Source: an uncultured Candidatus Saccharibacteria bacterium
GTDB lineage: Bacteria > Patescibacteriota > Minisyncoccia > JAHISW01 > Tagabacteraceae
Assembly: GCA_964601305.1 (NCBI GenBank)
Contig: CAZRMW010000002.1
Span: 3,439-67,438 of the forward strand
Reading direction: 5' to 3'
Length of the DNA stretch: 64,000 nt
Of the stretch, positions 19,226 to 28,596 are shown one piece after another. Position 1 is the stretch's first letter. Every line of letters starts with the position of its first letter. The notes under the pieces were generated by a model. The model saw only the letters and a program-made list of their open reading frames with translations, did no database searches and had not been told where the DNA came from. Position numbers and translations under genes: made by a program.

Positions 19226-20154
19226 TATTGTGTCAGTTTTTTTTCAGCTAACTTTAAAAAATTGTTTATTAATTTTGACATTTCTTCTCTAATTTTTTGG
19301 TTTTCCTCTAGAGATAAGATTGTTCGTAGTGGGTCATCCTTAATTTTTTTAATATTTTCATATACTTTTTGTGTTGCTATAAAAAGCTCAACTTCTCTTT
19401 TGTGAATTTCTAAAAAATCAGATGGCACTAAAACTTTTTTCATATTTTTTGCAGAAATTTTGTAGTGTTCTATAAAATCGTCTATTTTTTTAAAATTTTC
19501 TGTTTGTATTGCTTCTTCTAAAATATCTTCTTCTGTTTCTTTGTGTGGTATTTCTGGAATAGCATCACCAACAGCTAATAGATATTTATTTATAGATGCT
19601 GGAGAATTATCTGAAGTAATTTTAAATTCAGAAGCTGGAATTTTTGTATAAAAACCAGATACAAAAGCAAGGAGTCCTTGATTGGTGTCTGAATCTAAAA
19701 GAGCAAAAACATTTTCTGTTTCAATTTGGTCTATTTGGGAAGGGTCTTTTATGTGCGAGCTAATAGTTTGCGCAAAGCTCTGTGTAAGATTTGAGTTTTC
19801 TGAGGCTGTTTTTGTATAAACTGGCGCCTTCTCAGATTTTTTACCGGTGTCTGGATTTGAGAGTGGGTCTAGCGGATCGTACCCAGATTGTGTTTCTTTT
19901 CCATCAGTGTGTCCGTCTTCGTCTGTGTCTGGATTATTTACATCTGTTTTCCAGAGAGTTTCCTCCCAATCTCTTAGACCATCTTCGTCGGTATCTAGAT
20001 TAACTTTTTCAACCATTTTAGGTGTGAGTAGGGCAGAAGTTTTTTCGTAAATTGTTTTTGGCTCTTTGTTTTTTACAAATAAAAACCAGCTTCCTAAGCC
20101 AAAAATGCCCAGCCCAAGCAGGATTACCAAAATAATTATTATTTTGTTTTTCAC
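19225..20154 (-). CDS. Membrane-anchored protein with Ca-binding (thrombospondin type 3-like) repeats
   Basis: DTDEDGLRDWEE..TD..NPDTDEDGHTDG; start placed at GTG 20154 before the TM. Confidence 0.75.
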   Translation of the reverse strand: MKNKIIIILVILLGLGIFGLGSWFLFVKNKEPKTIYEKTSALLTPKMVEKVNLDTDEDGLRDWEETLWKTDVNNPDTDEDGHTDGKETQSGYDPLDPLSNPDTGKKSEKAPVYTKTASENSNLTQSFAQTISSHIKDPSQIDQIETENVFALLDSDTNQGLLAFVSGFYTKIPASEFKITSDNSPASINKYLLAVGDAIPEIPHKETEEDILEEAIQTENFKKIDDFIEHYKISAKNMKKVLVPSDFLEIHKREVELFIATQKVYENIKKIKDDPLRTILSLEENQKIREEMSKLINNFLKLAEKKLTQ

Positions 20155-20361
20155 CCTTTTATTGTACCACTTTTTTATGGCTTTATTGTTGAGTTTTTTG
20201 GGGATAATTATTGTGTATTGACAAAATAAGCAAAAAATGCTTTTATGTGTAGAGAAAACGAGATAAATCTCGCCAGAGGCGAGTAAATTTTTAAAAAATA
20301 AATACAAATTTTTGAAAGCCACGCCGCAAATTGTATATGCAGGCGGGCAAGGAGGTGTGAA

Positions 20362-21123
20362 ATGACTTTTAGGTGGCAGGTTATACTGGCTATTTTCTTT
20401 CTGTCGTTAATGGCTGTAATGATGCTTGGTGGCTGTGCTGCAACTAAAATCCAAAAAGAGGCGTATGTTGGGAGTCAAAAAGCTGCTGAAATGTCGGCTA
20501 AGGTGGCTGCCATAAACAATGCAAAATTGGCTGGGGTTAATCCCGATTGGATTGCTGATCGGTTGGACATTCCAAGAGAGGCTATTAATTCTGGTGGAGG
20601 CAACGAATTTATGCCCGTGGTTTCTTCTTCAAGAAAAGCCTTTATGGGGCCTGTAAGAGAGGAGTTTAACAATATCACCCGAGGAGCTCTCGGCTCTGTG
20701 GGCGCTGCAGCTATTGGTGGATATTTCTACGAAAGGGGCCAAAAGGTTGCCGGAGAGTACTACGAAAAAGGCCAGGCGGCACGCCGTCCGTCTAATTTGT
20801 CGGTAAATACTGGAATAGGTGTAAGTGCTGGAATTTCTCCCAGTGTTACCAGTGGACAGTCTGGAGGCACAACAGTCTCAACTCAACCAACAGCACCTGT
20901 TGTTGTAAGTGTCCCAGGTTCTGGCACTAACACAACAAGCTCCAGTAATAATTCGTCTTCGACCACAACATCATCGACGACATATTATTACAACACTCCT
21001 TCTACAACGACTGGTCCTGGTGTTGTCATTTACAACCCGCCTATAGTGGGGCCCACACCAACGAGCCCGTCAACCACAACTCCAAGCGGTGGCCCTGCGG
21101 GAGGTGCAAATCACGAAGATTAA
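20362..21123 (+). CDS. Putative lipoprotein with Ser/Thr/Pro-rich tail
   Basis: AAGGAGG SD, lipobox LGGC, low-complexity C-terminus. Confidence 0.72.
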   Translation: MTFRWQVILAIFFLSLMAVMMLGGCAATKIQKEAYVGSQKAAEMSAKVAAINNAKLAGVNPDWIADRLDIPREAINSGGGNEFMPVVSSSRKAFMGPVREEFNNITRGALGSVGAAAIGGYFYERGQKVAGEYYEKGQAARRPSNLSVNTGIGVSAGISPSVTSGQSGGTTVSTQPTAPVVVSVPGSGTNTTSSSNNSSSTTTSSTTYYYNTPSTTTGPGVVIYNPPIVGPTPTSPSTTTPSGGPAGGANHED

Positions 21124-21126
21124 AAG

Positions 21127-21158
21127 CAAGGGGAAGGCTTTCAAAGCTAACCCCTTGC
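21127..21158 (+). terminator. Stem-loop downstream of lipoprotein gene
   Basis: GCAAGGGG..CCCCTTGC hairpin; weak U-tract. Confidence 0.45.
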
Positions 21159-21219
21159 ATCTCATCTTGAAATCCTTAGTATTTACTTAATTAAGGATTT
21201 GAATATGGGATTAATAATT

Positions 21220-22413
21220 ATGAAAAATATGAATAAAATTAAATATATAGTTTCTACAGTGTTTATTTTCGCTGTTTTTATGGCGCCTACAAGTGTAGCT
21301 TTGGCCGATTCTTATATAAATTTAAATAGTCATCCATTAGATTTTGAGACCTTAAGAGTCGGAAATGTAACGCAAAACCCAAACACCACAAGCGCAGATT
21401 GGGGTACTTCAGTTTATGCAAATCCTGGAGATGTATTGTCTTTAGCTATTTATTACCACAATGCTACAGATAAAACTGCTCAGCATTTGAGGGTTCATCT
21501 TGTCCCTAAAAATAGTTTGGCAGAAGCAAAAATACATGTTTTTAAGGCAGAAATTTGGTCAAATCAACACAAACTTGTTTCTGGAAACATTACAATAAAA
21601 CTTTCAGAGCCAAGAAGAATTGATTATATAAAAGACTCTGTAGTATGGAGACCAAACCAAACTATTTATAGCTCACAAAACCTGCTTTTTGGTCAAAATC
21701 CAGACAATATTTTTACAAACGGAATAATTTTAGGAGATATTTATCCAGGATGGAGTACACAGGGAAATGTAGTAGTCGGTTTTAAAGTTGCTCAAAATGG
21801 AAACAGTGTAGCTCCTACAAATACAACTTCAAACAATTCTGTAAAAACAGTTTATGTGCCAGTAAACAACAATATTGGGTCCCCGTTTTTTATAGAAAAA
21901 GAAGTTGAGAATGTAGACAACCCAAACGGTACCGATTTAGAAGTAGCAGCCAAGAGGGGTGATCTTGTGAAGTTTAAAATTACCGTAAGAAATATTAGCG
22001 ATAGAGAACTTTACAATATAGAAGTAATAGATGAAATTTCTAATTTCTTAAGATTTGTAAACAGCGAGGAAGAAAATAGCGACTTTACTCAAAAGAAAAT
22101 TATTTGGAATATAGACAAACTTAGTCCTAAGGAAAAAAGAGAATTAGTTTTAGAAACTATTGTTGCTGATGACGCAGAATTTGAAGGTGTGATTAAAAAC
22201 GGGGGAGAAAGAACCACAGCTGAACTGAATGGGAAAATTCAAACATCAAACGAAGTGTTTGTGAGGGTTTCTAAAAGTGTAAATATTTTTGGGCCAATTG
22301 GTGGGTTAGCCGCTGGTTTGTGGAATTTTGGCTCTAATGTGCTTTATTATCTGGGTATTTTAGCCTTTATAATTCTAGCTATTTGGGGAACTCTAAAATT
22401 CGCCAAAAAATAA
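21220..22413 (+). CDS. DUF11-domain surface protein
   Basis: Signal peptide; IEKEV..GDLVKFKITVRN..IEVIDEI motif; C-terminal TM; exact start uncertain. Confidence 0.75.
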   Translation: MKNMNKIKYIVSTVFIFAVFMAPTSVALADSYINLNSHPLDFETLRVGNVTQNPNTTSADWGTSVYANPGDVLSLAIYYHNATDKTAQHLRVHLVPKNSLAEAKIHVFKAEIWSNQHKLVSGNITIKLSEPRRIDYIKDSVVWRPNQTIYSSQNLLFGQNPDNIFTNGIILGDIYPGWSTQGNVVVGFKVAQNGNSVAPTNTTSNNSVKTVYVPVNNNIGSPFFIEKEVENVDNPNGTDLEVAAKRGDLVKFKITVRNISDRELYNIEVIDEISNFLRFVNSEEENSDFTQKKIIWNIDKLSPKEKRELVLETIVADDAEFEGVIKNGGERTTAELNGKIQTSNEVFVRVSKSVNIFGPIGGLAAGLWNFGSNVLYYLGILAFIILAIWGTLKFAKK

Positions 22414-22417
22414 TAAC

Positions 22418-22529
22418 TATCGACATCCGATGTCGATAATTGAATATATGGCTTAAAATGGTAGAAACCACCTAAATGTAGAGCTACATTTAGGTGGTTT
22501 GTATCTGTTGGAAGCTAAGCTTCCAACAG
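22418..22529. repeat. Cluster of three short palindromes (REP-like)
   Basis: 22418-22438, 22465-22500 and 22505-22529; the third recurs inside rsmA at 23317-23339. Confidence 0.75.
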
Positions 22530-22553
22530 GTGAGAGGGAGTCTATTTGTGAGC

Positions 22554-22581
22554 TTGACAAAGTACATAGATGTAGTATAAT
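22554..22581 (+). promoter_or_regulatory. Sigma70-type promoter
   Basis: TTGACA-N16-TATAAT. Confidence 0.7.
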
Positions 22582-22600
22582 GTAGATAGAAAATAAAAGC

Positions 22601-22615
22601 CCCCGCCGAGCGGGG
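22601..22615. repeat. REP-like palindrome CCCCGCCGAGCGGGG (one of six copies/variants)
   Basis: Other copies at 28608, 35060, 38823, 48554 and 57509. Confidence 0.85.
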
Positions 22616-22670
22616 TAAATTGAAAACATAAATATAGATTTTTTGACAGCCTGCGGGCGGGGAGGTTCTG

Positions 22671-23081
22671 ATGAATTTTTATGACAGACCGATGAGTTCA
22701 TTGTCTTGGTTTATGGTCGGCTTCTGCCTCATTTTTGCACTTTTTGTACAGGGGTGTGGAGTACGTCTTCCTGTAGTAAGAATTCAGGAGGTACCAACAA
22801 TTTCGGGATTTTTTTACAACTACAAGGTTATGAATGGTCTTGGAAAACAAGTCCAGTTCACCTACAAAGGTCAGTTGTACACCTTGGATCCAGGAGCTCA
22901 TGCGAATATTCGTATCCCAATGCATGGGCGCAGACAGGAGATTGTTCTACCGATGATGGTCTATGATGGGCCAGACATGGTAGGAACGAAAGGTGTTAAA
23001 ATTTGGATTCCCAAGTTGTTTTCCAATGCATCAGCAAAGGAGGGATTTACCCATATTACGAGTTTTATAAAATTCCGGTGA
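22671..23081 (+). CDS. Putative lipoprotein
   Basis: GGGAGG SD, lipobox VQGC. Confidence 0.65.
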   Translation: MNFYDRPMSSLSWFMVGFCLIFALFVQGCGVRLPVVRIQEVPTISGFFYNYKVMNGLGKQVQFTYKGQLYTLDPGAHANIRIPMHGRRQEIVLPMMVYDGPDMVGTKGVKIWIPKLFSNASAKEGFTHITSFIKFR

Positions 23082-23122
23082 ATTATTCGTTGGAGTTTCC
23101 CAAAAACAAAAACGGCTAGGTT

Positions 23123-23935
23123 TTACACCCGGCCGTTTTTAATTTTTTTATATAAACAATCCCAATCTTCTAAAGATAGATTTTCTGGGCGGGATTTTTC
23201 TGGAATGTTGCAACTCTCCAAAATATTGCCAGAAATATTTAAATTATTTTTTAGCATTTTTCTTTTTTGAGAAAATCCTTTTTTAATCATCTCAAAAAAT
23301 TCCTCCTCATCTATTCTGTTGGAAGCCGAGCTTCCAACACTTCCAACAAAAAAGTTTTTGGAGATATTTGATATTTTTAGTACTACAGAATCTACTTTTG
23401 GCTTTGGTATAAAATGTTTGGCAGGCACATTTTTTACTATTTTAGGCTCACCGTAAGCCCTTACGCTAATTGAAAGTACGCTGTTTTTTATTTTGCTTTT
23501 TTGTTTTTTTGCTTTTTTGTTTTTTTGTCCGACAATTCTTTCAGCAACTTCTTTTTGTACCATTAAAATTATGTCACTTGGCTGGTAATTGCTAGATAAA
23601 AATTTTTTGAGTATTTTGCCGGTAATGTAGTAGGGAATATTAGCGACAATTTTATAATTAGTGTACGGCAGTTCGCTGTCTTTAATATCTAAAATATCTT
23701 TATTTATCAACTCTAAATTGGTAATGCTAGAAAACTTTTCTTTTAGATTTTCAAAAAGTCTCTCGTCTTTTTCTATAGCAATTACCTCCTCGGCTTTTTT
23801 AATAAGTTCTTCTGTTAAGATTCCTTTGCCTGGACCAATTTCTAAAACGGTGTCGTTTTTTTCGACTTCTGCTAATTCAACAATTCTTTTTGCAATATTG
23901 GGAGATGTTAAAAAATTTTGTCCGAGTTTTGCCAT
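23123..23935 (-). CDS. rsmA: 16S rRNA m6,2A dimethyltransferase
   Basis: LGQNFL, LEIGPGKG, ANIPYYIT, MVQKEVA, PKPKVDS. Confidence 0.97.
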   Translation of the reverse strand: MAKLGQNFLTSPNIAKRIVELAEVEKNDTVLEIGPGKGILTEELIKKAEEVIAIEKDERLFENLKEKFSSITNLELINKDILDIKDSELPYTNYKIVANIPYYITGKILKKFLSSNYQPSDIILMVQKEVAERIVGQKNKKAKKQKSKIKNSVLSISVRAYGEPKIVKNVPAKHFIPKPKVDSVVLKISNISKNFFVGSVGSSASNRIDEEEFFEMIKKGFSQKRKMLKNNLNISGNILESCNIPEKSRPENLSLEDWDCLYKKIKNGRV

Positions 23936-23982
23936 ATAGTTTTAAAATACATCATCTCTTCTAAATCACAAGTTGTTTAACC

Positions 23983-24164
23983 CCGCCACAAAAACTAAAT
24001 TTCTACTAAAACACTCCCAAATTTTAAAATTATAGTCGCCTCATAACAAAAAACTCAAAACTCGTCTTCGATAAACTCAGACTCAAACAGTTGAGTTTTT
24101 CTATTCGTCTCCTTAATTTTTAAAAACTTTCCCGTTAAGTCGTAGAAATTTGTTTTTGTGGTGG
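23983..24164. repeat. Long imperfect inverted repeat (MITE-like)
   Basis: Arms CCGCCACAAAAACTAAATTTCTAC / GTAGAAATTTGTTTTTGTGGTGG plus inner complementary tracts. Confidence 0.55.
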
Positions 24165-24347
24165 TGTTTATAAAAAAAGAAAATAATACTAAATTTAAAA
24201 AATTTATCGCAGACCGAAGTGGGCATGGTTTTTTCTGGAAGAAAAAGAGCGAGGTCGAGATATAAGCAAATTTTTCCACGCTGGGGAAAAATATTGTGTT
24301 TTTTTAAATTTAGGTATTGGTTTCTTTGGGAAGGGGTAGTTTTATGG

Positions 24348-26264
24348 TTAGAAATCTAAAAAATTAGTTATTGTTACTTCATCGAAAGTTTCTTCGAAAA
24401 GTTCTTGGGGAATGTCGTTTATAAATCTGGAAGGTTTGTTTATTTGTCTGCCACCAAAAAGATTTCGGCTATAGGAAAAAGAAAGATGTAATTTTTCTTT
24501 TGCTCTTGTAAGGGCTACATAAAAAAGTCTTCGCTCCTCTTCCTCCTCATCTCTACCAAAAGACAACCCTTTTATATATGGGAAAAGCCCGTCTTCAAGG
24601 CCAACTATAAAAACATACGGAAACTCGAGTCCTTTGGCAGCGTGAACAGTCATAAGTCGAACACTCCCTCTTATTTTTTTATTATCATCCTTAATTTCAT
24701 CTTGGTCGCTAATTAAAGACACATCTTCTAAAAATCTTTCAACACCTGTTTCTGGGTCTAAGGTGTCGTATTTTTTACTAAGCACTAAGAGTTCGTTTAG
24801 GTTGTCTATTCTTGCTAAATCTTCTTCTGTCTTAGGGTTTAAGGTTTTTTTGTAGCCACTGTTGTTTATTATAAATTTTAGTGCTTCTGAAAGAGGCTTC
24901 TGTTGTAAAATTTTCTCTGTGCTTTTTAGAAAATCTAAAAAATCTTTCATTTTTGCTGCACGAGCTGGGGGGAGAGGATTACCGGCAATGTATGTTAGTA
25001 GGCTAGTTTTTCCAAGTCCGCGAGATGGTTCGTTTATAATTCGTTCCAAACTTACAACATCATCTGGATTAATGGCGGCCTTAACGTAGGCAACAATATC
25101 TTTTATTTCTTTTCTTTCAAAAAACCTTGTACCGATAACTTGATAGGGAATTCCACGTGTAATAAAAGCTTCTTCTAAAACTCTAGATTGGAAATTAGCT
25201 CTATAAAGCACAGATATTTTTGATGGTTGCAGACCATCTTCGATAAGCTTAAAAGATGTTTTAGCTATAAATTCGGCCTCTTCTTTTTCGTTTTGTGCGT
25301 CAAAAATAGTTAAGTTGTCACCTTCTTTAATCTCAGAAAAAAGATTTTTAGGCTTTCTCATTTTGTTTTTTTCTATAATTGCGTTGGCGGCTTCTAGTAT
25401 AGTTTGGCTAGATCTGTAGTTTTGCTCAAGCATTATTATTTTAGTGTTTGGCCAATCTTTTTCGAAGTTTAAAATATTTCCAAAATTAGCTCCTCTGAAG
25501 GAATAAATACTTTGGTCTTCATCTCCCACAGCACAAATATTTTTGTATTTTTGGGCGAGTAGTTTGGTAAGAACATATTGAGAGTGATTAGTATCTTGAT
25601 ATTCGTCTACTAAAATATATTTCCAGCGATTTTGGTATTTTTCTAGCACTTTTGGATGGTCTTCAAAAAGATAAACAGTTTTTGATATAAGGTCGTCGAA
25701 ATCGGCAGTTTTTTGTTTAACCAAAGATTCTTCGTATTTTTCCCAAATAGAAGCTACTATTTTGGGGAAAAATTTTACTCCCGCTTTTTGTTGATAATCC
25801 TCTAGTTTTACTAAATTTGATTTTTGTTTGGATATAATTCCTAGGATTTTTTTTGGGGAAAATTGTTTAGGATTTATTTCTAATTCTTTTTGACAATTTT
25901 TAATTGTCTTTAAAGATTCGTCACTGTTTAAAATAGAAAAATTTTGGGGCAAGCCCACCTTGCGTCCATTTTCTTTTAAAATTCTTAGGCATATTGCATG
26001 AAAAGTCCCAATAGCTGGAGAACTATCGAAATCCGATTTCAATAGTTGAAAAACTCTTTCTTTCATTTCTTTAGCAGCTTTGTTTGTGAAGGTGACAGCT
26101 AAAATTTGATTTGGCTTAACACTATTTTTAATGAGATTTGCAATTCTATGAGTGATAACCATAGTCTTTCCAGCTCCAGCGCCAGCTACAACGAGCAATG
26201 GACCATCTTTGTATAACACTGCTTCTTTTTGTTGAGGATTTAGATTTTTTAGGAGATCTTTCAT
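24348..26264 (-). CDS. pcrA: UvrD/PcrA DNA helicase
   Basis: AGAGAGKT, DEYQD, GDEDQSIY, QNYRS, HAAKGLEF, EERRLFYVALTRA. Confidence 0.96.
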   Translation of the reverse strand: MKDLLKNLNPQQKEAVLYKDGPLLVVAGAGAGKTMVITHRIANLIKNSVKPNQILAVTFTNKAAKEMKERVFQLLKSDFDSSPAIGTFHAICLRILKENGRKVGLPQNFSILNSDESLKTIKNCQKELEINPKQFSPKKILGIISKQKSNLVKLEDYQQKAGVKFFPKIVASIWEKYEESLVKQKTADFDDLISKTVYLFEDHPKVLEKYQNRWKYILVDEYQDTNHSQYVLTKLLAQKYKNICAVGDEDQSIYSFRGANFGNILNFEKDWPNTKIIMLEQNYRSSQTILEAANAIIEKNKMRKPKNLFSEIKEGDNLTIFDAQNEKEEAEFIAKTSFKLIEDGLQPSKISVLYRANFQSRVLEEAFITRGIPYQVIGTRFFERKEIKDIVAYVKAAINPDDVVSLERIINEPSRGLGKTSLLTYIAGNPLPPARAAKMKDFLDFLKSTEKILQQKPLSEALKFIINNSGYKKTLNPKTEEDLARIDNLNELLVLSKKYDTLDPETGVERFLEDVSLISDQDEIKDDNKKIRGSVRLMTVHAAKGLEFPYVFIVGLEDGLFPYIKGLSFGRDEEEEERRLFYVALTRAKEKLHLSFSYSRNLFGGRQINKPSRFINDIPQELFEETFDEVTITNFLDF

Positions 26265-26538
26265 TGGTTTAAGGTTAGTATAGTTTAGGTTAAAAGCCAA
26301 ATTTTAGTTTTTTTGTGATATCCACAAGGTATTGATTTGCTATTGATTTTTTGCTTGTTTTGAGTACAATACAGAGACGGTTGAAGAGTCGATTATTTGA
26401 CAGAAATGGCTTAAATTAAGGCTTATTTTAACAAATTCACAAGCCCCAGAAGAAATAGATAGTAGCAAAAACAACGCAAAAATTTACAGATATACCAAAC
26501 GGGGCAACTTAAAACTTTTTATTATATCACTCACAGTA

Positions 26539-27522
26539 ATGGGTGTGTTTAGTCTTGCTAGTGCTGGTGTTGCAGAGGCAGGATTTTTTTCTTTCTTGGA
26601 CAAAGTTTTTGGTTTAGAAGAGGAAAAAATTGAAATCATTCAAAATTCTCAAACAGCATCTTTGCTTAAGCCAGTGGTAAATTCAGATTTAACTGCAGGA
26701 AAAGGTGGCGGTGGGCCGACCATTGTAGACAAGAGTGCGCTTTTGGCGGATACAGGGCCTTTGGGGAGTATTGCAGATGTTGAAGAAAAAATTGCTAATT
26801 CAGACAAGATTAGCATTTATGTAGTAAGAGAAGGAGATAGTTTGTCTGGCATTGCTAAAATGTTTGGCGTGAGTGTAAATACAATTATTTGGGCAAACGA
26901 TATTTCTAGAGGAGATTTAATTAAAACTGGAGAAACTCTTATAATTTTACCGGTTACGGGTATCAAATATACTATCAAGAAAGGAGATACTCTTTCTTCT
27001 GTTGCTAAAAAATACAAAGCTGATTCCGATGAAATTTTAGACTACAATGATTTAATAGATGGCAGTGAATTAGCTATGGGTGATGAAATTATTATTCCAG
27101 ATGGTGAAGCCCCATACAAACCTGTGATGAGGAGTTACGGTAAGAGTAGATTGAGAGGCTCTGGTGGACCAAACTATGTTGGGTACTATATAAGTCCAGT
27201 AAGTAACTCTAGAAGAACTCAAGGTCTTCATGGTTATAATGCTGTAGATTTGGCAAACTACTGTGGAGCGCCAATTTTGGCTGCAGCTTCTGGTGATGTA
27301 ATTATTTCTAGATCTTACGGTTGGAATGGTGGTTATGGAAACTACATAGTTATAAGCCACCCAAATGGCACACAGACACTCTACGCACACAATAGCAGAA
27401 ATATTGTAAGTCGTGGTTGGCATGTGGTGAAGGGGCAAGTAATAGGGTATATGGGAAGTACAGGTAAATCTACGGGATGCCACGTTCACTTTGAGATTCG
27501 TGGAGCCAGAAATCCATTTTAA
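26539..27522 (+). CDS. LysM + M23 peptidase (peptidoglycan endopeptidase)
   Basis: Two LysM domains; H...D and HVH zinc motifs; true start may lie upstream. Confidence 0.93.
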   Translation: MGVFSLASAGVAEAGFFSFLDKVFGLEEEKIEIIQNSQTASLLKPVVNSDLTAGKGGGGPTIVDKSALLADTGPLGSIADVEEKIANSDKISIYVVREGDSLSGIAKMFGVSVNTIIWANDISRGDLIKTGETLIILPVTGIKYTIKKGDTLSSVAKKYKADSDEILDYNDLIDGSELAMGDEIIIPDGEAPYKPVMRSYGKSRLRGSGGPNYVGYYISPVSNSRRTQGLHGYNAVDLANYCGAPILAAASGDVIISRSYGWNGGYGNYIVISHPNGTQTLYAHNSRNIVSRGWHVVKGQVIGYMGSTGKSTGCHVHFEIRGARNPF

Positions 27523-27591
27523 AAACGATAACAAGCAACTTATAATGAGTAACCAGTAATTACGTATTTTATACGTAGTTTTTTGTTGTGC

Positions 27592-27619
27592 TTGACAAAA
27601 TATATAAATAAGGTATAAT
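27592..27619 (+). promoter_or_regulatory. Sigma70-type promoter
   Basis: TTGACA-N16-TATAAT. Confidence 0.7.
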
Positions 27620-27671
27620 ACGAACAGAAAATAAAGATAAACTTTGATATAAAGGATAAGGGAGGAAAATT

Positions 27672-27926
27672 ATGTATTCGGACAATCCAGCTTTCAAAAA
27701 AGGTCCTTACGGACAGTGCCCTGATTGTCGCTGGGTAGACTTAGAACTATCTGGCTTTGAAACAAAATCCTTGAGATGCCCAGTATGCAAAGAAAGGTTT
27801 GAGGCATCCGGGGAGGCCGAGTACCTCAAAAAATTGGCAAAAGAAAAGAGGGAAAAGGCGACTAAAAATTTTTTCAAAAACGCCTGGGGTATGCCCGGTC
27901 AGAAAAGGGTACAGCCTTCCCCTTAG
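27672..27926 (+). CDS. Small zinc-ribbon protein (paralog 1)
   Basis: CPDC..CPVC; GGGAGG SD. Confidence 0.75.
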   Translation: MYSDNPAFKKGPYGQCPDCRWVDLELSGFETKSLRCPVCKERFEASGEAEYLKKLAKEKREKATKNFFKNAWGMPGQKRVQPSP

Positions 27927-27952
27927 TATTCCCGTCCAGGGGGTAACATAAC

Positions 27953-28003
27953 ATCGAAAAGCCTTATGTACTATGCCAAGCGCGGCAAACATAAGGCTTT
28001 TTT
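27953..28003 (+). repeat. Terminator-like hairpin repeat, copy 1
   Basis: First 36 bp identical to 29124-29159. Confidence 0.85.
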
Positions 28004-28073
28004 ATTTGACTTTTTAGGGTCATTTTGCTTGAATGGTACTAAATTTGAAAATTTAAGAAGGAGATTGAAAAAT

Positions 28074-28328
28074 ATGGACGCAAATAATCCAGCTCTTAAG
28101 TCAGGTCCTTATGGGCAATGTCCTAAATGTCCCTGGACAGATTTAGAATTATCTGGTTATGAAAAAAAATCTTTAAGATGCCCAGTATGCAAAGAAAGGT
28201 TTGAGGCACATTGGGAAAAAATAGAAAAAGAAGAAGAGGGTGCAGAAGAAGCTGCTTGGGAGAAATGGATGTGGGCGAACAAGCCCTGGCTTCATAAATT
28301 AAAAAATCCCAAAAAGAAAAAACCTTAA
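28074..28328 (+). CDS. Small zinc-ribbon protein (paralog 2)
   Basis: GPYGQCPKC..SLRCPVCKERFEA shared with 27672; AAGGAG SD before ATG 28074. Confidence 0.75.
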   Translation: MDANNPALKSGPYGQCPKCPWTDLELSGYEKKSLRCPVCKERFEAHWEKIEKEEEGAEEAAWEKWMWANKPWLHKLKNPKKKKP

Positions 28329-28348
28329 TAAAAAAGGGAGAAAATAAT

Positions 28349-28573
28349 ATGAATGAAAAAACAGAAATTGATGTTAGTGATTTGAAAGAATTTGTTCAGC
28401 TTACTTATGGTGGAATTAATAGTTTCAAAGACAGTTTAGCTTATTGGAAGCATCATCTGGAATACATAGACGATTCTGATAGTGTGCATAACAAAGAAGA
28501 GGTGGTAACAAGGATTAAAGAGATTGAGTTTTCAATAGAAAAAGCAGAAAATCTAATTAAAAAATATTCTTAA
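28349..28573 (+). CDS. Hypothetical protein
   Basis: GGGAG SD; 74 aa. Confidence 0.6.
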   Translation: MNEKTEIDVSDLKEFVQLTYGGINSFKDSLAYWKHHLEYIDDSDSVHNKEEVVTRIKEIEFSIEKAENLIKKYS

Positions 28574-28596
28574 TTCGTTTTCGGGCGATATTGTAG

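Noticed and set aside
24055-24279. 74-aa intergenic ORF
   Set aside because: Overlaps the fold-back element; weak start and no recognisable features
27966-28073. N-terminal extension MYYAKRGK, and ORF 29119..29427
   Set aside because: Both are read through the repeated hairpin; the SD supports ATG 28074, and 29119 is antisense to comM
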